A stretch of 64,000 bases of DNA from Bacillota bacterium (GCA_034659475.1 JAYEHK010000155.1:1279-65278); one strand, 5' to 3'. Positions 36,612 through 45,917 are shown, counted from the stretch's first letter. Notes: generated by a model not told the origin, from the letters alone. Made by a program: numbers and translations.

Positions 36612-37331
36612 CTATACCCCGAATAATTCAAAAACATCCTTATCGTCAAGCACACGATGACTTTTCTGATCTGAATTCGCCAGCATGCTTTGCATTTTTT
36701 GTTCAATGGTTTTCTTTAGCAATACTTCAAAATCAATATTGCGAAGCTTGAAAAACAAGGTGGGGTCCTCGTCAAACCTTGCCCCTATTCCATACAGGGT
36801 GGCGGCAACGTGTTTGCACATATCTGCCCAATCATAACAACTGCAGCTAAACTTAATTTCCTTATTGCTGGGAAATAAGCCGGCCCCCTTTAAAGTGAAA
36901 AGCTCCTCTAATTCCTTGGGAAATTTACCCTCTAAAAGCTCTGCCAAATTGTCGATTTTATGATTGCATACGGAAAGAATATTCTCCCATTTTTCATTAG
37001 CAAGCGCTGCGATTTTAATCTCTACCTGGTAGGGCTTTTTCGCACTACCCAGAACCAGAGCTGTTACAATACCCGTTTCAATCTTTAAGTCAAGCACTGC
37101 ACCATTTCTGACATAGCTGCGCCCACGAGTTATTCTATTCGAGTAGTCGGCATAGTTTTCAAGATTCTTGTTCCATGCCTTTCCCCACCAAGTAGTAGCC
37201 AGTTTGTTGCCTTCAATAACGATCGGCGCCAAATCCGGGTTCTTCTTTTTCAGCTTTTCAATTTGCTTTTTAGCCATTTCTTTCTTCTGAGAAACAGGTA
37301 CATACTCGGGGTACTGGTCATAACGAGCCAT
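36612..37331 (-). CDS. SWIM zinc-finger protein
   Basis: CxC...CxH motif (CSCYDWADMCKHVAATLY). The ATG overlaps the SNF2 stop (TAATG). Confidence 0.8.
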   Translation of the reverse strand: MARYDQYPEYVPVSQKKEMAKKQIEKLKKKNPDLAPIVIEGNKLATTWWGKAWNKNLENYADYSNRITRGRSYVRNGAVLDLKIETGIVTALVLGSAKKPYQVEIKIAALANEKWENILSVCNHKIDNLAELLEGKFPKELEELFTLKGAGLFPSNKEIKFSCSCYDWADMCKHVAATLYGIGARFDEDPTLFFKLRNIDFEVLLKKTIEQKMQSMLANSDQKSHRVLDDKDVFELFGV

Positions 37332-40000
37332 TAATCTTCACCTGCCTGTACTAATGTGAATAATTCCATTAATTGCTGGTTATCCAACTCTGTTATCCAG
37401 CTTTCTCCGGATGCTGCTACTAATTCACCTGCCAGCTGACTCTTGGCTTCAATCATCATATCGATTTTTTCTTCAATAGTACCAGCTGTTATAAACTTGT
37501 GAACGATAACATTTTTTTGCTGTCCAATACGAAAAGCACGGTCGGTTGCTTGATTCTCAACAGCCGGATTCCACCAGCGATCAAAATGTATAACGTGATT
37601 GGCAGCAGTAAGATTCAGCCCCACACCCCCGGCTTTTAACGATAGCACCATAAAAGGAACATACTCCTCACCACAGAATTTATCCACCAGTTCCTGGCGC
37701 TTTTTAACGGGTGTTCCGCCATGTAATATTAGTCCCTGGCGGTTAAATATCGTTTCTAGAAAATCGGCTATTGGTTGGGTCATTTCTCTAAACTGGGTAA
37801 AAACCAGCACACGCTCTCTTTTTTCATATATGGTTTCACAGATCGCCTGTAATCTCTCGAATTTACCACTATACTTAGGCTGGAATGTAGTTTGCGCTAA
37901 AAACTGATCCGGATGATTACATATTTGTTTGAATTTCATAATACTTGCCAAAACTAATCCCTTACGGCCTATACCTTCCGCAGTGGCTAAACTTTTTTCT
38001 AATTCCTTGACCAGGCTATTATATAAAACGACCTGCTTTTTGCTCAAGTTGGCATAAGCTTTTATTTCAATTTTTTCGGGCAGATCGGCAATTACACTCT
38101 TATCGGTTTTTAGGCGACGCAGAATAAATGGATTTATTACTGCCCGAAGTTTGGAGTAGTCCGGGTTGCCGCCGTCCTTCAATCTTTTTGTAAACGCTTT
38201 GAATTCTTTGGCTGTTCCAAGCAATCCCGCATTTAAAAAATCAAACAACGACCATAAATCAGACAGACTATTTTCAACCGGCGTGCCTGTCAGCGCTATC
38301 CTGGCATTGGCCTCCAATTGTTTTACCGCTTTGCTCTGCTTGGTGCTCGGGTTTTTTATAGCCTGCGCTTCATCTAATATCAGCAGATCCCATTTAACAG
38401 TCCTTAGTTCCTCAATTCGCACCACCATTCCGTAGGTGGTTATGTATAAATCTGTATCATCCATATTTTGCAGATCGCATTTTTCTTTGTTGCTATATAT
38501 GGCTTTATATTTTAGCAGGGGGGCAAATTTTTCTATTTCTTTTTGCCAATTTCCCATTAACGAGGCTGGAATTATCAGAAGCGCCCGCTCGCCGGAATTT
38601 ACTCTAAGATACTCCAGCAGCGCAATGATTTGCACCGTTTTCCCAAGCCCCATATCATCAGCCAGACAAGCCCCAAAGCCTAAATTCTTCATATAGTTTA
38701 GCCAGTCAAAGCCCTTTTGCTGATATCCCCGCAGGCTGGCATGAAAATCATCGCTTATGGCTATATTGCTCATTAAAGAAGGGTTAGTCAGTCTGGATGT
38801 AACGCTGTTTAACCACTCGCCATTGGATATTTCCAGGCTAAGCTCATCATGCTTAATGCCTAAGATTTCACTGGCATTTAACTGCATGCGCATCGCCTCG
38901 GCTATGCTGTATTCACATGTGTCTGCCAGTTCTTTGGCCTTCTGGTAAGCATCCAGGGTTAACTGTAGTTTTTGATGGTCAACTTCTACCCACTTGCCTT
39001 TGATAAATAATAAACCACTGCTTTGGGTTAATAAATCCCTGATTTCTTGCTCTGTAATCTCATCCTCACCCAAAAACAGCCGGGCATTAAAATCAAGCAG
39101 AGCATCCATTCCAACCCTAGAGGGCTCCCGGTCTCCAAGCTGGATCGATAGTTTGAATGAATTGGACTTTTTCTTCCACCAATCGGGTATACGGCATAGA
39201 ATGCCGCATTCTTCGTAAAGGGGTATCTCCTTTAGAAATATATATGCTTCATTAGATGTCAGCTTTAGCGGACTAAATAATTCACCACTTTCAACAAATT
39301 CAGCTATAAAATTGCTCTTCTGGGCTACTTTGCTGACGGTTGAAAGTAATTTTAGCAGCCTATCATTTTGGTCTTGATACTCAATCAAAGCATTTTTCAG
39401 TGGCGTATGAGTGGCTTTTTTATCACCTGCACGCCCCGTGCTATAAGTTGCCAAAAATGCAAATGGATACTCGTCGGACTTGTTTTCAACCAAATGAAAA
39501 AACACCCGCCCAACCAGATTTATCCTGGAGTTATGCTCCAGCAGGAATTCTTCTACTGTACCTGAATAAACTTTGATTTCGGTTGCAAAAACCTCTGACA
39601 GGCTTTGATATATATCTTTTATCCAATCACCGTTTATGAATTCCAGCCCCACCACAAATGGAACGCTATTTAAGATTTCCAATATTTCATCATCGGTTGG
39701 CGTTAATACAGTATCCTCGCGGATAAATTCAATATCAGCAGTTTTAGCCAGCCCTTTAATGAAATTAGAAGCTATGTTATGTAAAAAAGCCATTGATACA
39801 GACATTTTTTGGGTAGATTCAACAAAACCCAGGTAAAATAACATTTTGCTATGATTATCCAAATATTTTTCATACAGTTCATTTTCAAAGCTCTTATCTG
39901 TAGCAGAAGATGCTTTACCTGGTATTATTTCAAAGTTAAGATAAAAGCCTTGTTCTAAAAAATAGACTATTAATTCCTTGTTATTAGTATTTATTTCCAT
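37331..40000 (-). CDS. SNF2-family helicase/ATPase with an N-terminal SNF2-associated domain
   Basis: Motif I LADDMGLGKT, motif II LILDEAQAIKN, helicase C (LSLKAGGVGLNLTAANHVIHFDRWWNPAVENQATDRAFRIGQ). Confidence 0.9.
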   Translation of the reverse strand: MEINTNNKELIVYFLEQGFYLNFEIIPGKASSATDKSFENELYEKYLDNHSKMLFYLGFVESTQKMSVSMAFLHNIASNFIKGLAKTADIEFIREDTVLTPTDDEILEILNSVPFVVGLEFINGDWIKDIYQSLSEVFATEIKVYSGTVEEFLLEHNSRINLVGRVFFHLVENKSDEYPFAFLATYSTGRAGDKKATHTPLKNALIEYQDQNDRLLKLLSTVSKVAQKSNFIAEFVESGELFSPLKLTSNEAYIFLKEIPLYEECGILCRIPDWWKKKSNSFKLSIQLGDREPSRVGMDALLDFNARLFLGEDEITEQEIRDLLTQSSGLLFIKGKWVEVDHQKLQLTLDAYQKAKELADTCEYSIAEAMRMQLNASEILGIKHDELSLEISNGEWLNSVTSRLTNPSLMSNIAISDDFHASLRGYQQKGFDWLNYMKNLGFGACLADDMGLGKTVQIIALLEYLRVNSGERALLIIPASLMGNWQKEIEKFAPLLKYKAIYSNKEKCDLQNMDDTDLYITTYGMVVRIEELRTVKWDLLILDEAQAIKNPSTKQSKAVKQLEANARIALTGTPVENSLSDLWSLFDFLNAGLLGTAKEFKAFTKRLKDGGNPDYSKLRAVINPFILRRLKTDKSVIADLPEKIEIKAYANLSKKQVVLYNSLVKELEKSLATAEGIGRKGLVLASIMKFKQICNHPDQFLAQTTFQPKYSGKFERLQAICETIYEKRERVLVFTQFREMTQPIADFLETIFNRQGLILHGGTPVKKRQELVDKFCGEEYVPFMVLSLKAGGVGLNLTAANHVIHFDRWWNPAVENQATDRAFRIGQQKNVIVHKFITAGTIEEKIDMMIEAKSQLAGELVAASGESWITELDNQQLMELFTLVQAGED

Positions 40001-40136
40001 GTTTCCTCCTGACAGACTATGGCTTGTTCATAATATATTTCCATTTGTTTTTTTAGTATATCCTAAATCTCCAAACTATTTTCAATTCAAGCCAACAGAG
40101 GGACGTTCTTTTTGTTTGCCTTCATGAAAGAAAATC

Positions 40137-40870
40137 CTAGTCATCAAACAAAAAGTAGGGTCGAAGGCAGGCGCGGTAAAGTATTAGACCTTGTGAGGCC
40201 ATGCTGTTTCTCCCCTTTCGGGTGAGTGTCCCCCTCAAGCGGGTCATCTTCCCGTTTCCAGACCCCGCCACCTCAAACGCAGCATGCGGTTTTCCCGCAC
40301 TACGCTTTCCTAATCGCTTCGTGTCAAGGTTTATGTGTCCTAACGTGCTGGGAAGGCTTTCGGGGTTTTCTGGGGATACCACTTCCCAGTCTTGCTTTTC
40401 ACTCTTTTGAAGTCGAATCCTAGAAAGCTAAAGCTTTCGTCTTTTGTCAGATCTACCACTCGCGTCTTGTCTGTATTCACTTCTACCTCTAGCTTCATTA
40501 GTTCTTCGATTAGCCTTTTATATACCTGTCCTAATAGTTTTTCCTACCGCGGGTGCCCATCCACCAGTACTACCATATCATCTGCAAATCTTGCATACAT
40601 GCACATATAGCCCCCAGAAACGCCAGCTTGGTTCAGACTTCGCCTTGATATATATCTTTTCCCTCAATTCTTGCAGTCCTATGGACGGCTTTGTCATTAG
40701 ACTCCAGTAGTTCAGTTTCCTTCCCCACTGCTAACCAAGCTACAGGGTTTCTACTTCTTTCCCTGGCAGGACTGTCTCCTACTGAACATACCAGCCTTTA
40801 CTGGACATACGAACATCCCAGTGTAACACAAAACATGCAAACGTGATTGTTCTCCTCTTTGCACAAGATC
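40137..40870 (-). pseudogene. Decayed group II intron-type reverse transcriptase (internally deleted, frameshifted, in-frame stops)
   Basis: Minus-strand translation shows RT-0-like LQELREKIYIKAKSEPSWRFWGLYV. It is joined out of frame to RFADDMVVLVDGHPR* (YADD box, plus ~40562-40588), then EKLLGQVYKRLIEELMKLEVEVNTDKTRVVDLTKDESFSFLGFDF. RT domains 1-4 and the maturase/X domain are absent. Confidence 0.6.
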
Positions 40871-41035
40871 CATGATTAATTTTATTAATTCCTTGGAATT
40901 CAAACTTTCTAACTTCACATACTATTCTTTTTTACTATCTTTAATCTCTTTGGGGAGTTCTGTGCCTTTAATCATTTTTTTCTCATCTGACTTCACCCTG
41001 CGTTCAAGTTTCTTTAAATCTTCCTCCGGCGGAAG

Positions 41036-41818
41036 TTACTCGGGCTTTATTCCACGATCCACTAACATGCTTCGTACGCCCTTATTATTCAAAATGTGTT
41101 CATCAGTGATTGCCAACTCGCCGTTCATATCGTGCTGCTCCACATTGTAATTAGTTATTTCCGTTGCCAGATTCTTTGCAGCAATAGTTACTGTCGGCAA
41201 AAAATCGGCCAAAGGGCGATTCCCTTGTACCCCCAAACGATTCTTCATGGCCTGGGTAGCAATGCCACCAAAAAGCATAGCATCACCCTTGGAACGAATG
41301 CGTCCAAAGCCATGATCATCTACTCCACGCTCGTAAATATTTTTTGAAAGCATGGTCTCAGATTCGCGTAGTTTCTTACGGGCCTGTAGACGCTCCTGGA
41401 GACAAATGCGTTCTTCAATGATTTCCTGTTTACGGGTCTGTACTGCAAAATAAGTTTGTGCAAAGGCAATCTGATCCTTTCTTGGATCCCCATTCTGAGC
41501 AATCAGGTAACAGGCATAGCGAGTTAGCATAATGTCCTCAATAGACCTCTCCGCACCAGACCCTATTTGGACCATTTTCGTGACGTCACGAAAATGGTCT
41601 ATTACATTATAGCCCATTGTTTTACAGGAAGTTTTGGCTTTATCAATAGCGTTCTTAAAGTTCTCCCATCGATCATATCCCAAGGCTTCCTGTAATTCAC
41701 GAGCAAACCAAAACTCCACTTCATAATCCTCAACAACATGAACTATTTCGTCAAACTGTCTATGTAATTGTAGCATCAACTCTTTTTTCACATTCTTCCC
41801 TCCCTCGAAATTATCCAA
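41036..41818 (-). CDS. dinD: DNA-damage-inducible protein D family (truncated by an in-frame TAA)
   Basis: FWFARELQEALGY...MVQIGSGAERSIEDIMLTRYACYLIAQNGDPRKDQIAFAQTYFAVQTRKQE matches E. coli DinD from memory. The reading frame continues after the stop for 37 codons (to 40922). Confidence 0.8.
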   Translation of the reverse strand: MDNFEGGKNVKKELMLQLHRQFDEIVHVVEDYEVEFWFARELQEALGYDRWENFKNAIDKAKTSCKTMGYNVIDHFRDVTKMVQIGSGAERSIEDIMLTRYACYLIAQNGDPRKDQIAFAQTYFAVQTRKQEIIEERICLQERLQARKKLRESETMLSKNIYERGVDDHGFGRIRSKGDAMLFGGIATQAMKNRLGVQGNRPLADFLPTVTIAAKNLATEITNYNVEQHDMNGELAITDEHILNNKGVRSMLVDRGIKPE

Positions 41819-41921
41819 ATAGTCCGGACATTTATCCCCCCCCGAAATCCTTCCATCTTTTTCCTCAAGTATATTTGTTTCCGTTTAACGCGTCAAAAGG
41901 AGCGCACCATGCGCCAAAAAA

Positions 41922-41950
41922 GCAAAAAACCCAGGTTCAAAAAACCTGAG
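41922..41950 (-). terminator. Terminator after tmRNA
   Basis: Minus strand CTCAGGTT-TTTTGA-AACCTGGG followed by TTTTTTGC. Confidence 0.6.
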
Positions 41951-41966
41951 TTCATTAATAAATTAA

Positions 41967-42317
41967 TGGTGGAGGCGAGGGGAATCGAACCCCTGTCCGA
42001 AAGATAGACCAGCCCAGTATCTCCGAGCGCAGTCCGTGATTTAATTTCACCCTTTGGACGTCCACGGACGAACTTCCTGAGGCTATCCCCGATTAAATTC
42101 CCCTTTTAGCCCCTCGAGAAAAAAGGCTAAAGGGTACCCTCGCTATGTGACGCCCTGCACTAAACCGCGAGGTTATCTAGCCGGACGAGCAGCCTTAGGC
42201 TGCTAGTGCAAAATTATCTTCTGCAGTTATATTTGTTTTTCACCTTTTTAACGAGCTGGCGACAACTCGGCTCGCTGCTCGACCCACCTTATCCCCCGTC
42301 GAAACCAGTACGCCCCC
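41967..42317 (-). ncRNA. ssrA: tmRNA (ssrA)
   Basis: 5' GGGGGCGTACTGGTTTCGACGGGGG... and 3' ...GGGGTTCGATTCCCCTCGCCTCCACCA (tRNA-Ala-like ends). Internal tag reading frame ...GCAGAAGATAATTTTGCACTAGCAGCCTAA = AEDNFALAA* (plus ~42195-42224). It lies immediately downstream of smpB. Confidence 0.9.
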
Positions 42318-42380
42318 TTAATAAGGATTCACACTGCCATACTATTTTATAACCATTGTGACGTTTTGTCACTGGAAATC

Positions 42381-42851
42381 TTATTCTCTGTTTTTTTCTT
42401 TCATGGCCCGCTCTATGGACCGTTTTGCATCTCGGGCTGCAATGTCATCGCGTTTGTCGTAGTCTTTCTTGCCGACTGCGACAGCCAAGTCCATCTTGGC
42501 CAGGCCATCCCGAAAATAAATCTTGAGCGGGATCAACGTATGACCAGATTGCTTTTGTATGCCTAACAGTTTGTCTATTTCCCGGCGATGCAACAGTAGT
42601 TTTTTTTGTCTGAGTGGCTCATGGTTAAACTGATTTCCCATCTCATAGGGACTGATGTGGAAATTATTCACCCAGACTTCTCCGCCTTTGACGACCGCAT
42701 AGGCATCCTGCAGATTTCCTTTACCCATCCGCAGGGCTTTGACTTCGGTTCCTACCAGAACAATCCCCGCCTGGTAGACTTCTAATATATGATATTCATG
42801 CCGGGCCTTGCGGTTTTCTACTGCCGCTTTAATTCCCTTTTTTTTCGCCAT
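42381..42851 (-). CDS. smpB: SsrA-binding protein
   Basis: MAKKKGIKAAVENRKARHEYHILEVYQAGIVLVGTEVKALR is canonical SmpB. The ORF track start at 42908 is too long. Confidence 0.95.
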   Translation of the reverse strand: MAKKKGIKAAVENRKARHEYHILEVYQAGIVLVGTEVKALRMGKGNLQDAYAVVKGGEVWVNNFHISPYEMGNQFNHEPLRQKKLLLHRREIDKLLGIQKQSGHTLIPLKIYFRDGLAKMDLAVAVGKKDYDKRDDIAARDAKRSIERAMKEKNRE

Positions 42852-43055
42852 ATACGCCACCTTGATTAGAAAACTCGGCTTGCGCCTAATTCTTATTATA
42901 CCAGCCACAGTTTACAGGTTAAAACTTCTGCTAGTGTAAAGAAACCCTCGCCCGAAATTGTTTCTTTTTCAAGCCAGGGCTTATGTCTATTTTTTGCATC
43001 ACCTGTGCGTTCATTATAGCATATCTAATGTCCTCGTCAAGTTATACACCTTTGA

Positions 43056-43154
43056 GAGTGAGTCAGGGGACGGTTCCTTGACTCATTTTGACTTTTATGA
43101 GCTGGTTTGAAAATTGCTCTGGAATGAGTCAAGGAACCGTCCCCTGACTCACTC
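43056..43154. repeat. Perfect 31-bp inverted repeat (GAGTGAGTCAGGGGACGGTTCCTTGACTCAT) with a 37-nt loop
   Basis: 43056-43086 is the exact reverse complement of 43124-43154. It begins 2 nt after the rnr stop codon and contains the GGGGACGGTTC motif of the dispersed repeat family. Confidence 0.9.
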
Positions 43155-43156
43155 CT

Positions 43157-45262
43157 TTAGACGAGTTCAAAATCGATCTGGGCTGCGTCTACGTCGACGC
43201 GTACCAGTTGAACGCGCACCTCATCACCGATAGAATAACGCATGCCTGTGTGGGTACCGATGAGGGTCATGGCTTTATCGTTGAATTCGTAATAGTCATC
43301 TGCAATGGTGGAGATATGAACCAGTCCTTCAACCGTATTGGGCAGTTCGACAAAGAATCCAAAAGGCTGTACAGATGAAATTCTTGCGTCAAAGTCCTCC
43401 CCGACAAACTGCTCCATGTAGCGGGCTTTTTTTAGACCAATCAATTCACGTTCGGCTTCTTCTGCTTTGGTCTCCTGCACGCTTGATTGTTCGCCGTATT
43501 TGCCCATCCTTTTCTCCAGCGCCGCTCTCTTCTTCCCGTTCATCTGTCCGTCTAACAGGATAGACAATACACGATGGACGATGAGATCCGGATAGCGCCG
43601 AATGGGACTGGTAAAGTGGCAGTAGTATTTTGACCCTAATCCGAAATGTCCCAGTTCCTGGGGCATATATCGGGCATGTTTCATGGAACGCAAAACCATC
43701 AGCGAGATGACGGTTTCCTGGGGCGTTCCTTTGATGTCATTTAATAGCTTTTGAAAGGTATAGGATTCAACCTGATTTCCCTGAATCTTGTGTCCAAAAA
43801 CGCCCAGAACTCTGTTGAGTTTCTCCAGTGATTCCCCGGCTGGTTTTTCGTGGACCCGATAAAGGGTAGGGATTTCTGCCCAATACAGGTGTTCTGCCAC
43901 GGTTTCATTGGCTTTGATCATGAAGTCCTCAATGAGCATTTCACCAACACCACGTTCAAATTTTTTGATTTCAATCGGGAAACTGTTTTCATCAACAATA
44001 ACCTTTGATTCGGGAAAGTCAAAATCCAATGCCCCTCTGGCAGTACGTTCACTGCGGAGGATGTCGGCAAGTTCCTTCATCATCAGGAAGTCATCGACCA
44101 GATCAGCATAGCGTTCTTTGGTTGCCTGATCATTGTCGGTAATGATTTTATTGACGGCTGTATAGGTCATGCGTTCATTTACATGGATGACAGACTTAAA
44201 TATATCATAGCTGGTCACTTTACCGGTGCGGTCAATGTCCATCATACAGGTCATGGCCTGACGATCCTGTTGCGCGTTCAAACTGCAGACATCATTGGAT
44301 AGTTCCTTGGGCAGCATGGGGAGTACCTTGTCAATCAAGTAGACCGAGGTCGCTCTTTCCAACGCTTCTTTATCCAACTTGCTGTCTTCACGTACATAAT
44401 AAGATACATCAGCTATATGAACACCCAAACGATAGCCATTATCCAGTTTCTCAATAGACACTGCATCATCGAGATCCTTGGCATCTTCTCCATCGATGGT
44501 GACCATGCGCAGATCTCGCAGGTCTCTGCGTTTTGCAATCTCTTCATCGCTCACCGGTTGGGCCACTCGTTTGGCTTCCTCAATGACTGCACCCGGGAAA
44601 TGGGTCCGCAGGCCGTGTTTTTTGATCACAATCTCGACATCCACCCCTGGATTGCCTCGTTTGCCAAATACCTCGGTAATCTTTCCTTCGGGGTAGCGGT
44701 CTTTGGCGGGGAAATTGGTGATGGTTACAAGCACCTTGTCTCCATTGGTGACCTTTAGCTTTGGGCTGGTTTTGACATTGATCGGATAGATCTGCCGGGC
44801 ATCCAGCGGAATAACCTGGGCCGCGTGTTTTCCTTTTTCGAAGGTGCCTACCAGTTCTTTGTTGGCCCGGGTGATCACCCGTATCACTTCTCCTTCGGGA
44901 CGCTGGTCACCGGATGCTTTTTGATGAAGCCGGGTCATGACTTTATCGCCGTGCATGGCTCCATTTAGATCTCGGCCGTAGACAAAAATCTCTGGGGAAG
45001 CCGGATCATCAGGGAGCAGAATGCCATATCCCCGTTGACTGAGCTTAATCATCCCTTTGAATATATTCATCATTTCCGGCAGACCGTATTTATCCTTGCG
45101 GGTTCGAACAATCTCGCCTTCCTTTTCGAGTTTCCCCATGATTTTACTAAAATTTAATTCGGCTTCCCAATCCAGTTCAAATGCTTGTACCAGTTCATTA
45201 TATGCCATGGGGCGATAGCTGGCCTGTCGCATATAGTCCAGAACACTTTCTGTATCTATCAT
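43157..45262 (-). CDS. rnr: Ribonuclease R
   Basis: 701 aa with an RNB catalytic domain (DGEDAKDLDDAVS...), cold-shock-like N-terminal domains and a C-terminal S1 domain. Confidence 0.95.
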   Translation of the reverse strand: MIDTESVLDYMRQASYRPMAYNELVQAFELDWEAELNFSKIMGKLEKEGEIVRTRKDKYGLPEMMNIFKGMIKLSQRGYGILLPDDPASPEIFVYGRDLNGAMHGDKVMTRLHQKASGDQRPEGEVIRVITRANKELVGTFEKGKHAAQVIPLDARQIYPINVKTSPKLKVTNGDKVLVTITNFPAKDRYPEGKITEVFGKRGNPGVDVEIVIKKHGLRTHFPGAVIEEAKRVAQPVSDEEIAKRRDLRDLRMVTIDGEDAKDLDDAVSIEKLDNGYRLGVHIADVSYYVREDSKLDKEALERATSVYLIDKVLPMLPKELSNDVCSLNAQQDRQAMTCMMDIDRTGKVTSYDIFKSVIHVNERMTYTAVNKIITDNDQATKERYADLVDDFLMMKELADILRSERTARGALDFDFPESKVIVDENSFPIEIKKFERGVGEMLIEDFMIKANETVAEHLYWAEIPTLYRVHEKPAGESLEKLNRVLGVFGHKIQGNQVESYTFQKLLNDIKGTPQETVISLMVLRSMKHARYMPQELGHFGLGSKYYCHFTSPIRRYPDLIVHRVLSILLDGQMNGKKRAALEKRMGKYGEQSSVQETKAEEAERELIGLKKARYMEQFVGEDFDARISSVQPFGFFVELPNTVEGLVHISTIADDYYEFNDKAMTLIGTHTGMRYSIGDEVRVQLVRVDVDAAQIDFELV

Positions 45263-45340
45263 TCTTCACCTCCTGTTCATGTCAATCCTTACACATGAAC
45301 ATGTTTACCTTTAGTATTCCCGCTTTTGCAGCATTTTTTT

Positions 45341-45892
45341 CTATAAACCAAGCGTCGGAGCGATTTTTTTCATACTTTCCAGCGAGATCGTCATGAATTC
45401 TTCCAGTTCCAGTCCCAGCTCTGTGCAGGTCTGCATCTGTTCCCGGTTGGCACCTCTGGCAAAGGATTTTTCTTTAAACTTTTTTTTCAGAGATTTTAAC
45501 TGTACGCCCTCTAATGACTTATCCGGTCGCACCATCGCTGCTGCGGTAATAAAACCAGAAATAGGATCCGCAGCATAGAGAACCTTGTCCAACATAGACT
45601 CGCGCGGCAAACCATGCGCCCCGTTATGTACCTTGACCGCATAGACGATATCAGCTTCCACCCCATTGTCCTCAAGGATCTGTGCCCCCACCAGGGAGTG
45701 CTCTGCCAGATCATCCCCGATTTCATCATAGTCTATATCATGTAGAAGTCCTGCCAGACCATACTTCTCCACGTCTTTTCCCAATCTTTCTGCCAGCCCT
45801 CTCATGATCGCCTCAACAGCCAGTGAGTGATGGACAAGATTTTCATTGGTTAGATGCTGGTTTAATAACGTAAGTGCCTCTACTCGTTGCAT
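45341..45892 (-). CDS. HD/HDIG-domain phosphohydrolase
   Basis: HSLAVEAIMRGLA...LLHDIDY (H...HD motif), 183 aa. Confidence 0.8.
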   Translation of the reverse strand: MQRVEALTLLNQHLTNENLVHHSLAVEAIMRGLAERLGKDVEKYGLAGLLHDIDYDEIGDDLAEHSLVGAQILEDNGVEADIVYAVKVHNGAHGLPRESMLDKVLYAADPISGFITAAAMVRPDKSLEGVQLKSLKKKFKEKSFARGANREQMQTCTELGLELEEFMTISLESMKKIAPTLGL

Positions 45893-45917
45893 GTTGTAAG
45901 CTCCTTTCTATTTATAA

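Noticed and set aside
34530-41966. A direct repeat of the tmRNA 3' end (attL/attR) delimiting the accessory patch
   Set aside because: I could not find a second copy of GAATCGAACCCC... or the neighbouring 3' ssrA sequence by eye anywhere in 34.5-41.9 kb. No integrase gene is present.
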